A stretch of DNA of 63,440 bases, the filler included, from Licmophora abbreviata (taxonomy: Eukaryota), in assembly GCA_900291995.1 (NCBI GenBank). It is 8 parts of 8 records of this genome, joined end to end, with 100 filler letters (N's around TTAATTAATTAA, not from the genome) between each part and the next. Parts side by side here need not be neighbours in the genome. Positions count along the whole stretch, not along the records: positions 1 to 22,996 come from OLMU01003663.1; 7 more parts are not named here. One strand, 5' to 3'. Each line of letters opens with the position of its first letter. The first letter of the stretch is position 1. A model generated the notes under the pieces. That model ran no database searches and was not told where the DNA came from. It was given only the letters and a program-made list of their open reading frames with translations. Positions 1-11,500 of the stretch are shown here, in pieces. Position numbers and translations under genes: made by a program.

Positions 1-187
1 TCACCCGCCCTCCTCCTCCGCGCTGTGAACGAACTAGAGAAGTAGGGATAGCCAGCTAGAACCAGCTGATCTCTTACTATAGTTGTTGATGCAAGATAGA
101 AAAAAGGGTCTGCCTAGTATCACTTAGTCGCCTACAAAGTGAACTTAAACTCAAGACCATAAGTCGATTGGCATCTCAATTGACGTC

Positions 188-970
188 TCAAAACTTTCCG
201 TTGTCGTGAGCGAACTCAGCCGGAATGGGTGCAATCACATCCCAATGTTCAACAATTTTGCCATTCTCAAGGCGAAAGAGATCATAGAATGCGGTGGGGT
301 CCTCGCCAAACTTTCCCTCGCATCCGGTCATGACAAAGTTCCCTTCGGCAACCGAAAGGCAAATCTTGTCATAGACGATGTTTTTTCCCATTTCCGCAAA
401 CTGACCAAGTGCCTTCATGATCCCCTCGAGAGTGTCGCCAATCATTGGGTTGTGCTGATCATACTGTTCGGACGAAATGTATTGGCTCAACTTGTCACCG
501 GCTCCGCCAATGAGGCAATCAGTTAGAAGACCCTCCGCAATTTTCTTGTTGGCATCGGTTTTGTCTAAGTCGACGATTTCAACAGGGCCATCCACCATGG
601 AACGTCCCGACACGGTCGAGTCTGGAATCGCCTGCAGGTTATCCCAGTGCTCCGACACCTTTCCATCGGCATCGACACGGAAAACGTCAAAGGCTGCCAT
701 TTTCTTCGCTCCAAACGCTTCAGCGTTCTCGTAATAGCCATGGCAGGCAACCAGATCTCCTTGAGCAATCATACGAACGTTCGTGTATTTGAGGTTGGAC
801 TTCTCCAGAACGGGTAGAAAGCCGAGAATGGCCGCGGCTCCAGAGGGTACGCCCGGGTTGTGCTGGACATAGTCTTCCGTGAGCAGTTCCTTGGAAGCCA
901 CTGGATCAAAATTGGCAAATAGAGCCTTGCACGTCGCTTTGACGATCTCTTTGTTGGTAGTCGATGACAT
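188..970 (-). CDS. Tandem SnoaL/NTF2-like domain protein (predicted ester cyclase type), 260 aa, intronless
   Basis: Two similar halves: 'YVQHNP...DVFRV...KVSEHWD' and 'YDQHNP...DLFRLENGKIVEHWD', typical of double-domain SnoaL-like proteins. Confidence 0.85.
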   Translation of the reverse strand: MSSTTNKEIVKATCKALFANFDPVASKELLTEDYVQHNPGVPSGAAAILGFLPVLEKSNLKYTNVRMIAQGDLVACHGYYENAEAFGAKKMAAFDVFRVDADGKVSEHWDNLQAIPDSTVSGRSMVDGPVEIVDLDKTDANKKIAEGLLTDCLIGGAGDKLSQYISSEQYDQHNPMIGDTLEGIMKALGQFAEMGKNIVYDKICLSVAEGNFVMTGCEGKFGEDPTAFYDLFRLENGKIVEHWDVIAPIPAEFAHDNGKF

Positions 971-1220
971 GTTTGTGTGTTCAAGTAGTACCGTTGGTAG
1001 ACTTATAGTTCGGGTTTAAATTTGAAATTGTGAGAAACGCTTTTTTCGATCTCCTTCTCGACGCGCATCTTGCATCTTGAATCTTGACGATACGGCGAGC
1101 ATCCTAGATCACCTTCGAAGCCGATGTCAGATGAAGATGCGCCCCGGTCCGCCGTTCGCCTCGGTAAAGATAATGGCTATGTAGGATTCTACAGGGGAGA
1201 TACCAAACTAGCCCCACCTA

Positions 1221-1253
1221 AGTCGACTCACTCGACTCACTCAACTCACTCAA
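1221..1253. promoter_or_regulatory. GACTCACTC tandem / AGTCGAGTGAGTC element in divergent promoter
   Basis: Three 9-mer units; same 13-mer recurs at other 5' intergenic sites; regulatory role is inferred. Confidence 0.5.
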
Positions 1254-1500
1254 TAGGTGACGCCGGCGCAAGTTCATGTCGTATGCGATATAGGTGCGAC
1301 ACGGCCAATGACGTGTTCTCTGAACTGTTTCCCGCCAAGCCAGCACCGAGATGACGACATGACACAAAAACGAGGGACCCCACCACCTTTTGCGTCGACT
1401 TAGTCACAATCGCTCGCCGCAGTACAGCAGCCTTCAGTCTCACATAGACCTCCGTGCTTGTCGGTACTCGTCGCAAAGTCATTATCGTTGAAAGTTCAGA

Positions 1501-2052
1501 ATGAAAGTCTCCACAGCTGTTTCAACCTCGATTCTCGTTCTGATGGCGGTTGCTTCGCATGCCTTTGCTCCGGCAAGACGCACCTTTGCCACTTCCTCAC
1601 TCTCCATGTCCAAAGGATTCGGTGAAAAGAAGGAGAAGCGCGAGAAGTCTGTCGGTCAAATTGATCGAGAGAAGAAGGCATCCAAGTATGACGAGATTGC
1701 CGCCACCGGAGGACAAGAGTACAACGTCTTTGTTCGTCAGTTTGGAAGCGACGACCAGTCCTGGTTGCCCTGTGGGAGCATTGCCGTACCGCGTCAAGCG
1801 CAAGTCAGTGATGCCGTCTTTTCAAATGAAAAGAGAATGAAGAAAAACATCGCCCGGACCTACCCAAAGCTGGCTGGCTTTGAAGATGAGTTCGAATTCG
1901 GCTACAACCTCAAGATTTATCCGGATGATCCGGTGGAAGTAGCAATGAAAGGAAAGCCGAAAGAACAAGGACTGAGTATTGGTAACTGGATTTCTACTCT
2001 TTTGTCACCGGTCGATGCGTCCCAAGTGCCTCCGCCGCCCGTGAAGGAGTGA
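1501..2052 (+). CDS. HHL1: HHL1-like plastid-targeted protein (PSII high-light repair family)
   Basis: Signal peptide with ASH|AFAP (ASAFAP-type) cleavage and Ser/Thr/Arg transit peptide; mature 'SKGFG...KYDE...EYNVFVR...WLPCGSIAVPR...FEFGYNLK..PDDPV' resembles cyanobacterial/plant HHL1-like proteins. Confidence 0.7.
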   Translation: MKVSTAVSTSILVLMAVASHAFAPARRTFATSSLSMSKGFGEKKEKREKSVGQIDREKKASKYDEIAATGGQEYNVFVRQFGSDDQSWLPCGSIAVPRQAQVSDAVFSNEKRMKKNIARTYPKLAGFEDEFEFGYNLKIYPDDPVEVAMKGKPKEQGLSIGNWISTLLSPVDASQVPPPPVKE

Positions 2053-2221
2053 ACAGCCGAAGCTAGGATGTTCGTGCCATAAAACCGTTGAAACATATAA
2101 GACCTTCGCTTCAATCTCATTACAGTTAGCAGTAGTAGCATGGTTTAAAGGTAAACGACCTCTTCTTTGCGAGCGTCGATATTACACTTCTGAACTCGTA
2201 GAATGACCATCATGGTCGCGT

Positions 2222-5200
2222 TCATTCATCTTCATCCTCATCACCAATGTCTCCGTAGCGCCACATTCCAGACCGAGACTTGCGTGCTTCCTCTTGAGCA
2301 ACCTGTAGGTCCGCCGCCAAGCTAACGACAGTGTTGTTCTCGTCTTCGACCATTTGAGCCAGAAGTTCATCGACGGCAGCCTGCTTTGCCGCACGGGCGA
2401 CACCAGAAGAAATAAGCTGCTCGTTGATAATCTTGTCCTCACCATCGAGAAGCGTGACAGCCATCTTCCCGTCCACCGAAGCATGCAAGCGGGCCTTCAG
2501 ATCCTTACCCCAAGCTACACTCTGCAACATACGGGCTGCATTCAGTCCCTCGTCATCATCAAGACCACGTGTCAGCGTGAGCGCTAGCTGCGCTTCTTTG
2601 GCGACTGCAGGAATTCGATCGAGACTCAGACTGGCATCAAGAGGACGTAGATGAGTGGCTACTGCAACAGCCGCAACGTTGCCGTGATCAACGAACAAGA
2701 CCAGCACGCGTCCTCGGTCGCGTCGCTCTACAATCTTGGCGCGATACCAGCTGGGTCCAGAGCCATCGTCGAACAAGGCAGCTACCGTTTTGCCAACTTT
2801 CACGTCACAAGGCGCCCCGTCGGTTCCATTGTTCTTTGTGAACAGTCTCATGCTTTCATCCATGGCCTGGGCCGATTCGTCTCCCACTTTGTGATAGAAA
2901 AAGTGGTTTCCGCTGCGAATTTCGCTGAGGCGCACTGGGATGGTCGTTTCCTTGGTTTTCGCCACGGTCTTGGTAGCCTTTTTCTGTGTTGCGACAAAAA
3001 CAGCAGAGATAGCCGTGAGTTAGACAGCATCTTCGCTGTCTTCAGAGACAATGTCAGATCAGTGACGTACCTCGATCGTAGGCTGCTCCAAGGACCAGAT
3101 TCCGACCTTGTTGTTCTGTGCCGCAAGCTGCGCATCCACGATAACCTTTGGGGCCTCGCCGTAGTCGATCTTACGCTGATCGACGGTCGCCAAACCAGCT
3201 CCGACAAGCTCCAGGCTATAGTCTCGTCGCTGGCCACCTTGACCGACGAACAAGTCACCAGTGAGGACACCTCCGTTCGTCACGCCAGTACAAACAATCT
3301 CCACCGTGCGTTGCATTACAGTGAAGCGTGCGTGACGTTTGGATGCATCTCCGAAAGGCTCTGCAGCCTTCGTCTGTCGGCTACCCGGATTCGCAGAAGG
3401 CTGCGGGCATCTAAGATAATTCGGCGCAAAGACGATATGGCAATTCTCAGATGGGACCAGCAGCTTGAATCGAGCTCCATTGAAGACATATTCGACGATT
3501 GCCTTGAGCGTTCCAGCACGCATCAAGGATCCCGAGTAGCCCTTGGCCTTTCGAGGTTCAGTAAGGTCATTTACGGAGCCCTTCTTGTACTCTTTCTCAG
3601 AATGAATCCCCTTCTTCGCTGCCTTTGCGACAGCCTCTGCAGTTCGCAACTCATCATATCGAGGAGAAGTCTCATCGTCGTCACGATGGCGTTGAGTGAT
3701 TGCAAGGCCTTCCGAAACAAGCGTTTCGGCAACATCCGGACGCTTACCCACGGAAACGGTTCCAAACTGGCGCTTCTCCGAGGTCTATAAAGAAAACAGA
3801 GGCAAAAGTTATGAGCTGCCATTGCTCAGCCGAAAACGCCACCTTCCGTTGTAACAGTCGAAACAGTGCGTACCTCGCCCATGGGAATGTCGCGCTCGTA
3901 GTTGATGTTGACCTTGACAGCCTTTCCAACCGTGAGGACACGAAGCCGATCCTTACACTCATGGGAATAAGCCTCGTCCGGCCGTCCCACACGCTCGTTT
4001 CCAACCCGAGGGGCGCGAATGGACGCCAAGGAGATCTTCTTGAGCTTGGATTCATCGTCGTAAGCCTCTCCGTTGGGAAGGACAAACAAGGTATCTCCAG
4101 AAAACACTTCCACGACAACACCAGAGAGTTCGGAGGCACCGGACAGTTGAGGCGGGGCATAGGAGTGCCAAATACCAGTGTTGGTACGCTGCAGGTAAAG
4201 GACAGCGTGGGGTTTTTGTTGGTTTGAAGGCCTTTCAAGTATCATACAATGGTTCTGTCGGATCAATCACAAGCTTCGCTCTTACCTTGGCTTGATTCTC
4301 AGCGATCCGCAGAGCTGGTACGTCCATGGGGTTCATCATCCTGACCGACCAATCGGACATTCGAGCTAGACCATTCTTGAGCAGTTCAATCCCGATGTTG
4401 CCACGAGGGTGGTGCACGGTTCCAACGGCACAGACACCAGACTTGTCGGTTCCATGAAGAGTGATATCTAGTTCCCGCTGCAGCAAACGAAGTTCGACAA
4501 AATTGCGAGCCTCCTCCGAGAACGGGTCACTTTGGATGGGCGGTGTGGCTCGAGGATTTCCGACACGAGGGCTCGTGACGCCGGCAACGAGCAACGTGAA
4601 GGATCCATACTGCAGTCCGGCAGGTTCAAGTTGATCGTCCGTCACATGACACCGAAAACGTGATCCATCAAAGACGTACTCAATAACACACTTGACTCTT
4701 GACTGCTGACACAGCTGTTGACTCTTTTGAATCAGTGCTAGCGTCTCAAAGTCCGTGCCAGCGTTCTTCATGCCACGCACCAAGGGCACGTCGCAGTGGA
4801 TACCAACACGTGAGTCCTTGGCCTCTTGGAAAGCAGCCTTGAGCTGAGTCTCGTAGTCTGAAATACCGTTCTCCTCACCCTGTGCTTCTGTCTCCTTTTC
4901 GAAAAGCTTGGGGGTAGCATGGCCGCTACGGACGCTTTCAACCGCCAAGTTTAGCTCCTTACCGGTGTCAGTGTCCGTCCATAGCAGAAGCCCGTAGACC
5001 CGGTCTCCAGCCGAGGCCCCTTGTTTCTTGGTCTCAAAGGTGACACTCTTGCCGACTACCTTACTACGAAGGAACTCCCGAGCAGGGAAGGCACCTGGTT
5101 CATCCGTGTTGTCGTTAGCTTTACCAGCCAGACGAGGAGCGCTGACTCGCTCAAAGGTAAAGACGACCTCCGGCGCGCGCGTGTTGGGCGCCGCGGCAGA

Positions 5201-5317
5201 GCCGACCAAGATGCAAGTATCTCCGCTCAGGACGCTCTTCACACGAGCAACTCCTCGGCTCGGTAGAACAGGTCGCATCGGATTCGAGGCGACAGGAACA
5301 GCAGCAGTCGTCGTCAT
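2222..5317 (-). CDS. SND1: Tudor staphylococcal nuclease (Tudor-SN/p100); exons 5317-4286, 4188-3874, 3784-3071, 2983-2222
   Basis: Four SN domains (VKSVLSGDT; IEYVFDGSRFR; VVEVFSGDT; IVEYVFNGARFK), Tudor domain (SWYRAKI...FVDHGN), C-terminal GMWRYGD; three GT-AG introns join the ORF pieces in frame. Confidence 0.95.
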
Positions 5318-5766
5318 GTTGTGGTACGATGAATGAAAGTAGATGAACTTCGGACAATTGTCGACAAGTATGATAGTATTGTACTATAGTGACGGTTGAA
5401 ATCTTTGTTGGCACCGGTATCTTTGTTCGAACTTTCGAGAGAGATGACCGCGTGACTTTAAAAAGAGAGGTGAGCAACGTTCGACGGTCCGTGGACAGAC
5501 GGTAGCACGTTCAACGTGCATGTCACCAATTGAGTACCGGATCTTGCATATACGGCACTCGTCTGTTATTGTACTTTCCTCACACACGTCGGGTGTACGT
5601 CATAAGCAACCGCCACAAGCTTTTTTTCGGGCATTCTCCGCCAGCGAGTTCGCAAGACCCCTCGATTATTTTCGAATTGGCCTGCTCGAGGCAACGTCAA
5701 CAAAACTCCGAGCTTCTGCTTCTTCGCTGTCTTCTCTCAAATCACAACAAGAATCGAATCTCTACC

Positions 5767-7473
5767 ATGCTCGACAAGATGGCGCCTTACGGAGAGAATA
5801 TGGATCGAATGGCGCCCCCTCACGAAGAAAATGAAACCAGCTCGCCCTCGTCTCAAGCAGAGGGGAGCACTTCAAGACCCTCCAAACTTGGCCGGAGAGG
5901 CGACCCCCGCATGCACCGTGCTGTCAAGGCCCGCCTTGGTGATCCGGGACTTTCTCCGCTCGACGCTCTGCGCGCCGGAGGGTTTCAGTTCCCAGAAGAG
6001 TCCACCAAGGCTGACGACTCGTCCATTGTCGACGCAGATGGCGTCACTCTGGGTCAGCGAAAAAACCAACTCAGTCGTCGATGTCGTCTGGCGAGACACG
6101 GCAAGGGCAGCGGACATGCTCACTTGCCTCCAGAATGTCAGAAAGTGCCGCAGTCGAAGCGCAGTTCTGGACTCAAGCGTTCGACCTCACTGGCGAGTAT
6201 TGAAAAGTTGACGACGACCGGAAGAAACCTCGAGGAAGAGCAAGACAAACATCGAATGGCCAAGTTTCATCCACAGTTCCACCCCCTTGTTATACCACCA
6301 CAGAACGTTCCCCTTGCCAGTCAGGGGCTGACTGGGGCAAATTCACTGTTGTTTGGTAGTCCTGCCACGGCCGGGACTTTCTTTCATCCTACAACTCTGT
6401 CGACCAACGCGGCGCCCCATCCCTTACTCTCCACCATGAATTCGGTCCTACCAGCCCACAGCCATCGTGCTTCTGGCGTGGCCATTGCCTCCTTATCCAG
6501 TACCGCCGCCGCCGCTGGACTCACATTGGAACAACTGGCGATGACCCTGTCGTCCTCACCGCCCGACAGTCTTCAAAACTTGACAGGCAGCGGGCAAGTT
6601 TCGACACTCCCCAAACCCCAAACTCTACAGGAGCGACAAACGGTGGCTCTCAACTTGTTTCAGTTGGAGATGCGTACCTTGCTTTCCAAGTGTATGCTGC
6701 AAGCCGGCTATGATTCGCAAGATGCGCGGGAAGGCTCGGGCGCGTATTTGCAGTTTGCTATCAAGGCATGGGACGTCCAACGACAGCATTTGCAACGAGA
6801 AGTACCGGGGGATCTGGAACAAGACAGCGTGCTGGAGGCCCCGACTACCATTGCTGCTCCTTCTACTGTACAGCACAATCACGCGCATGTCCACAGTCAC
6901 TCCGATTGCCTGCCTTGTTTTGACTGTCACCATTTACACGATCTGGAAGGAAAGTGCGGACACAAAGCGATTGTTCACAAGCCGGAAAATGGACCTGCCC
7001 ATGTAGATTTTGTTCTGGGCGACAAGGTCGAGTGCTATCAGGATATCGCCGTTGACAACGCAGCGGGTGATGCATTTTGGCCCAGCGCATTCAAGTGCCA
7101 TCAGCTCGACCGCCCGAAAACAAGCGAACAAGATCAAAGAGTACGTATCGAAAGCAAAAATGTGAAGAGGTTGGACGATTGAACTGCTGAGGATGCTGAA
7201 GACTGATCTCTATGCTCTTTTCTCCTTTCATCAGGCCTCGTGCTCGTGCGAAAAAGACATGACCAAGAAATTAGGTGCCCCGCCCAAGACGTTGGATTTG
7301 GCAGACATTGATTTGGAAGGCAAGAGTGGAGCTTTGGTTTTTTCGACCACGTGGGCGGTCAGGACGTAGATGCAGGGTTACTCGGCATGTTTCGACTGGG
7401 TGCCGATGGCGAAACCATGCCTCCACCTGCAAGCAGCGCAAGTTCTGTTTCATCACGACAGAGCTTTGGCTAA
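5767..7473 (+). CDS. Uncharacterised protein, putative DNA-binding regulator with His/Cys-rich C-terminal domain; intron 7141-7234; stop at 7369 as written, or 7473 if a 1-nt indel near 7322 is corrected
   Basis: Long ORF; basic N-terminal block RRGDPRMHRAVKARL...DALRAGGF...GQRKNQLSRRCRL; HNHAHVHSH...CHHLH..CGHKAIVH..HVDF..ECY; GTACGT donor and TCATCAG acceptor. Confidence 0.65.
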
Positions 7474-7551
7474 GGTATTAAAGAAAGGCGGAACACAGGA
7501 TAGGGTCGCTTTTGTGCATTAGTCTTGGCTGTTTAGGGCCTATTGATTGAT

Positions 7552-8111
7552 TCAAAACACTTCCCCTTCTTTCAGCTCATCGACATTCGTCGTATCCGCT
7601 TGGTCGTTCCCGTGGACCTGGTGTTCGTCAAGCAACCCCCTGGCTGTCACGACCCACTCGGATTCTCCCGTGTACTTCTCCACTAGCAGCGACAGCTCCT
7701 CCAACGAAGCTCGGAGTCGCGCTTCACTGTCTGGAATCATCATGTAGCTTTCCCCTAGGACCTCCCGAAACTTTTTCACATCGTACGGATCTCGTTCCTC
7801 CAGCTCCATTTGCTTCAGCTTGGCTTCGTTCTCCTTCACTTCTTTTTCATAGAACACGACTTCTTTGGAGAGTCTGAGTGTGAGGGGATGAACGAGAAGA
7901 AGCGGCGAATGGATGAGAGGGGACTACAGTGGAGCGACGTGCAACTGTGTGTACTAGTAGAAATGAGCGAAGGGAGATACGATCCATCGCTATCTCTTCG
8001 AAACGAATAGCGCCCAAACGGACGTTACGATGTATCGCACCTTTGGCATGCTTTCGTCTTGATCATGAGCTGACGCTCTGGGTCTGCTTCTCCTGTGGAA
8101 CGAGGCGCCAT
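7552..8111 (-). CDS. TBCA: Tubulin-specific chaperone A (cofactor A); exons 8111-8041, 7873-7552
   Basis: Spliced product RQLMIKTKACQR|LSKEVVFYEKEVKENEAKL...DPYDVKKFREVLGESYMMIPDSEARL is the TBCA/Rbl2 signature. Confidence 0.92.
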
Positions 8112-8174
8112 GGTCGATTGCTGATCTTCGTCATTGTTGCTGGCTAGTCGCCTTTTTCGGACTTCCGAAAAATT

Positions 8175-8195
8175 AGTCGAGTGAGTCAAGTCGAC
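8175..8195. promoter_or_regulatory. AGTCGAGTGAGTC element upstream of TBCA
   Basis: Exact 13-mer at 8175-8187, 64 nt from the TBCA ATG. Confidence 0.45.
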
Positions 8196-8550
8196 ATCCG
8201 GAGAAGGAGAAAGTTATGGAGCTTACTCGTACAGAGCTCGAAAGTTTCGCAGGTCGGCCTTTCCCGCTGATTCAATTCCCTCCATGATAGCGAACGCCAT
8301 AAGCTCTAGGTCATTACACTCCTACTCGTACATCCATAGAGCTAGTCGTAAGCTTGCTCTGCATCGTCGACCGTGCCAGCAAACATCATTACTGTCCATT
8401 TCCCACCCTCGAGGTCGTACGAGGTGCTGAGAAAGCAGTATTCATTCTACACGACCGTACCTTTTCTACGCAGTCTACCGGCGTTTCGTCATTTCAAATT
8501 TCAACGACAGAATCCATTTCATCTTCCTCCTCATCAACAAGCCCTCCACC

Positions 8551-11500
8551 ATGACGACGATGCGCAGTCCGTTCGGCACACACAACGGCAACCGCAGTCC
8601 CGCCTCGACGTCAACGACCGCCTCGTTGCCGACGCTCAGCGAGGTACTGGACATGAAGCGGAAAAAGAAGAAACAGAGACAAACGAAGCATTCGAAAAAG
8701 ACCAGAAAGGCTGTCGCGCGCTCCAAGGAGAATGGATTCGGTGAGGTCACTGTCGCTGTCAAGAGCGACGCAAAGACTCCTCGCATCAGCAACCGACGCG
8801 ATGACTCCGATAAGAACTGGAACAAGTCGGCGGCATCTCCGTCGAAGGCTCCCGTACTCTTGCGTCCAAAGCCGAGTGACTCCTCCAGCAAGCACCTCCT
8901 CCGCCTGCAACACTCCATGGAAGCACGTCGAAGCGAACCGTCTCTCCATGGCAATGATCGAAGTCGCTCGTCGTCCACCTCTCGAAAGCCACGAAGCGAC
9001 GCCTTGACCATCTCACAGCGACGTGCGACCAAAACGACAGTAGTGGGTCAGAGAGAAGCAAAGAAACCGTTCGAGTCGCGACAAGAAGTAACGACAGACG
9101 CTGTACAATCTCCACCAGACCAGGGCATGGACTGTAGTCCTGACGATCTCTCCCTGAGTCTTGACGATATTGACTCGTCACCAGAGACGCTTGAAGGCAA
9201 TAATCAAGCTTCGAAGCACGAATCGAAGACGGTTCGTGGATCTGTGCGACCAGTCGTCACCAAGGATATGCTACGACGAGCCCGTGCAGTGGACGTCGAC
9301 AACAAAGCCGTCTTCGAGGCCATGCTTCGAAGTGGATCCCCACGAACGACAAAAGTCTGGACGACTGACCAAGAGCATGCTTTCTTGGTTGGAACTACGG
9401 TTGGAGAAAGTGCCGACTGCTCAGCGTCGCTAGATGGTAGCGAAGTCACTCTTCTTTCAACGGAGCAGGGTGTTTCTAAAGAGGCGGTCAAGACTGCAAA
9501 GATGCGACAAGTCGCGAAAGCACCGTCACCTTGTTGCGATAATGCTATTCTCAAACTGACCCACCAAGACGTCCCGCTTCCGCTCGTCGGGAAAACCGCC
9601 AATCCTGTCAATGGTGAGACCCTCAAACACACTTGTCTGACGAAGAAGGACTCGACATGGAATCGAATTCATCAAGAGACTTCGCCTAGAAACACGGTGG
9701 GACCGACTTCGGCGAACCTACGTGTGAACACTGAGCAGCAGCCTACTAGTCGCACCTCTCCCCACGAGAGCGACGTTTCCGACGAGGAGAACTTGATTCT
9801 CGAAGTGGACGGTAGATCAATGAAGCATCCCATCCTCCCATCTGGTTGGACAATTCACATGTCCTCCAGCAAGCATCGCCTCTACTACCGCCACCCTGAC
9901 TGGGGGACCACCTGGTACTGCCCAGTTGTTGCTTCGAAGAAGGCGAAGAGAAACGACAATCAGATCAAGGAGCAGCCCACAGATACCATACAGCACCCAG
10001 AGTCGAATCCAGCTCAATCGTCGACTGCGAGCCGTTCGGGAGCGCTGAACAAACCAGCATGTCAGCTTCCGACGTCCTCAACAAAGCTCAACGCAGGTGA
10101 TATGGAACATCGCTCATTCCCATTGAGCTCCATACCTGTGCAAGAGAATGAAGGGTTACGATCGGAAAAGTACACCAAAGGTCTCGCCGATATTTTGGAT
10201 GCATCAAAGGCGTTCGAACTGGAGGAAAATGAAAGTGCATGCACCGTGGACGGCTCAAGCAGTTTGGACGTAGAGCGAAACGAGAGAGCTAGGATTCGCG
10301 AGAAAAGCGGAGAGCAGACCGTCCTCAAAGCTCTGGCTTTGGGGCAGCGTCGAGAGTCACTCGAGTCACTTCTGCAAAGCGAAGAGATGACTATGTCAAG
10401 TTCCGCCAATGATGCCTTTGCCTCAATGGCAATGGCCCAGGTGCTCGCAGCGCAGCCTGACCCACAGGAATCTCCTAAACAGCTGCACGAGAAGTCCCAC
10501 GGCAATGAGAATAGCGAATCGCTTGACAAGGCTTCCCCCACATCGTCAGAGCACATAAGAGTGGTGGAGTCAGAGGACTCTCACCAGGAGCAACCCTTCA
10601 ACAACCTTGCGGTTGTTACCGAATCGCTTATTGAATTGGCCAACAGTCAAACAGTGCGTAGCCACAGTTTACACGAAGACTTTCCGCAACCAGAAATGGG
10701 ATCGCCCCCGGAAAAAGGAGGTAGGATCGAGAGCGGAGATCAAGTATCAACATGCGACGACAGTCCTGTCGAAGAAGTTATCGGGAGCGCCACACTTGCA
10801 ACGGCTGCAACCAAGAAGCCTGCTGTTGCTTCTCTGGGTGTTGTCAAAAACGGCACCTTTGAGTCCCAAGTGGAGAATTACGTCTTCGCTATGAGCCATT
10901 GCGACATCGAGCTGTCTCCGCATTCCAAGAGCGTGAGTCCCACGAAACGAACGAGCCCTAGTGGTCGCTTCAGCGAGGATAGCAAGCGAAGTGAGTCACC
11001 CCGTAAGAAATGGCACGAGACGCTAACCAAGGCTGATGCTCTTTCGCCGACGGAGCGGCCCACGCCGCCTACAAGCCCCGAAAGTTCCATTCAGCCTATG
11101 AGTCCCGATAGTATGGGTTCAGACGATAGTCCCATGCAAGGCACGAGCCCGGGGAATTCACGACCTTCATGTCCAGACAGAATGGATGGCGACAGCATCA
11201 AGCTCGACTCCCGCCCAGATGCTCAAGATGATTCGCCCTTGGAGCCCAGCCCTATCAAGTCCATGAGTCCGGACGCCTTTATTGGAAGTATTTCGTACCT
11301 GTCGAACCAGAAACGCCGTCGCGATGCTCTTGACGACCGTCCCGCAGTTGTCGCACCCTCCCTGTTCGATAATCTGCTCAAGTCCTCAAGCCCAGGAGAT
11401 GTCGGCTACGAGCATTCCACTGCCCGTCACGAAATGATCAGCCATAATGAAGCAACCTCCGTTGCAACATCCTTCACTGGAAACAATTCTTGGGAGGGCA

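Noticed and set aside
2651..3790. 379-aa + strand ORF and many other antisense ORFs (e.g. 47050-47712, 59138-59686, 13832-14590)
   Set aside because: Shadows of real genes on the other strand; no recognisable motifs
5530..5766. Upstream extensions in the ORF track (also 30908, 43313, 49427, 61903, 39724, 12610)
   Set aside because: Begin at non-ATG or poorly placed codons from a bacterial-style caller; downstream ATGs give proper signal peptides or follow initiator-like sites
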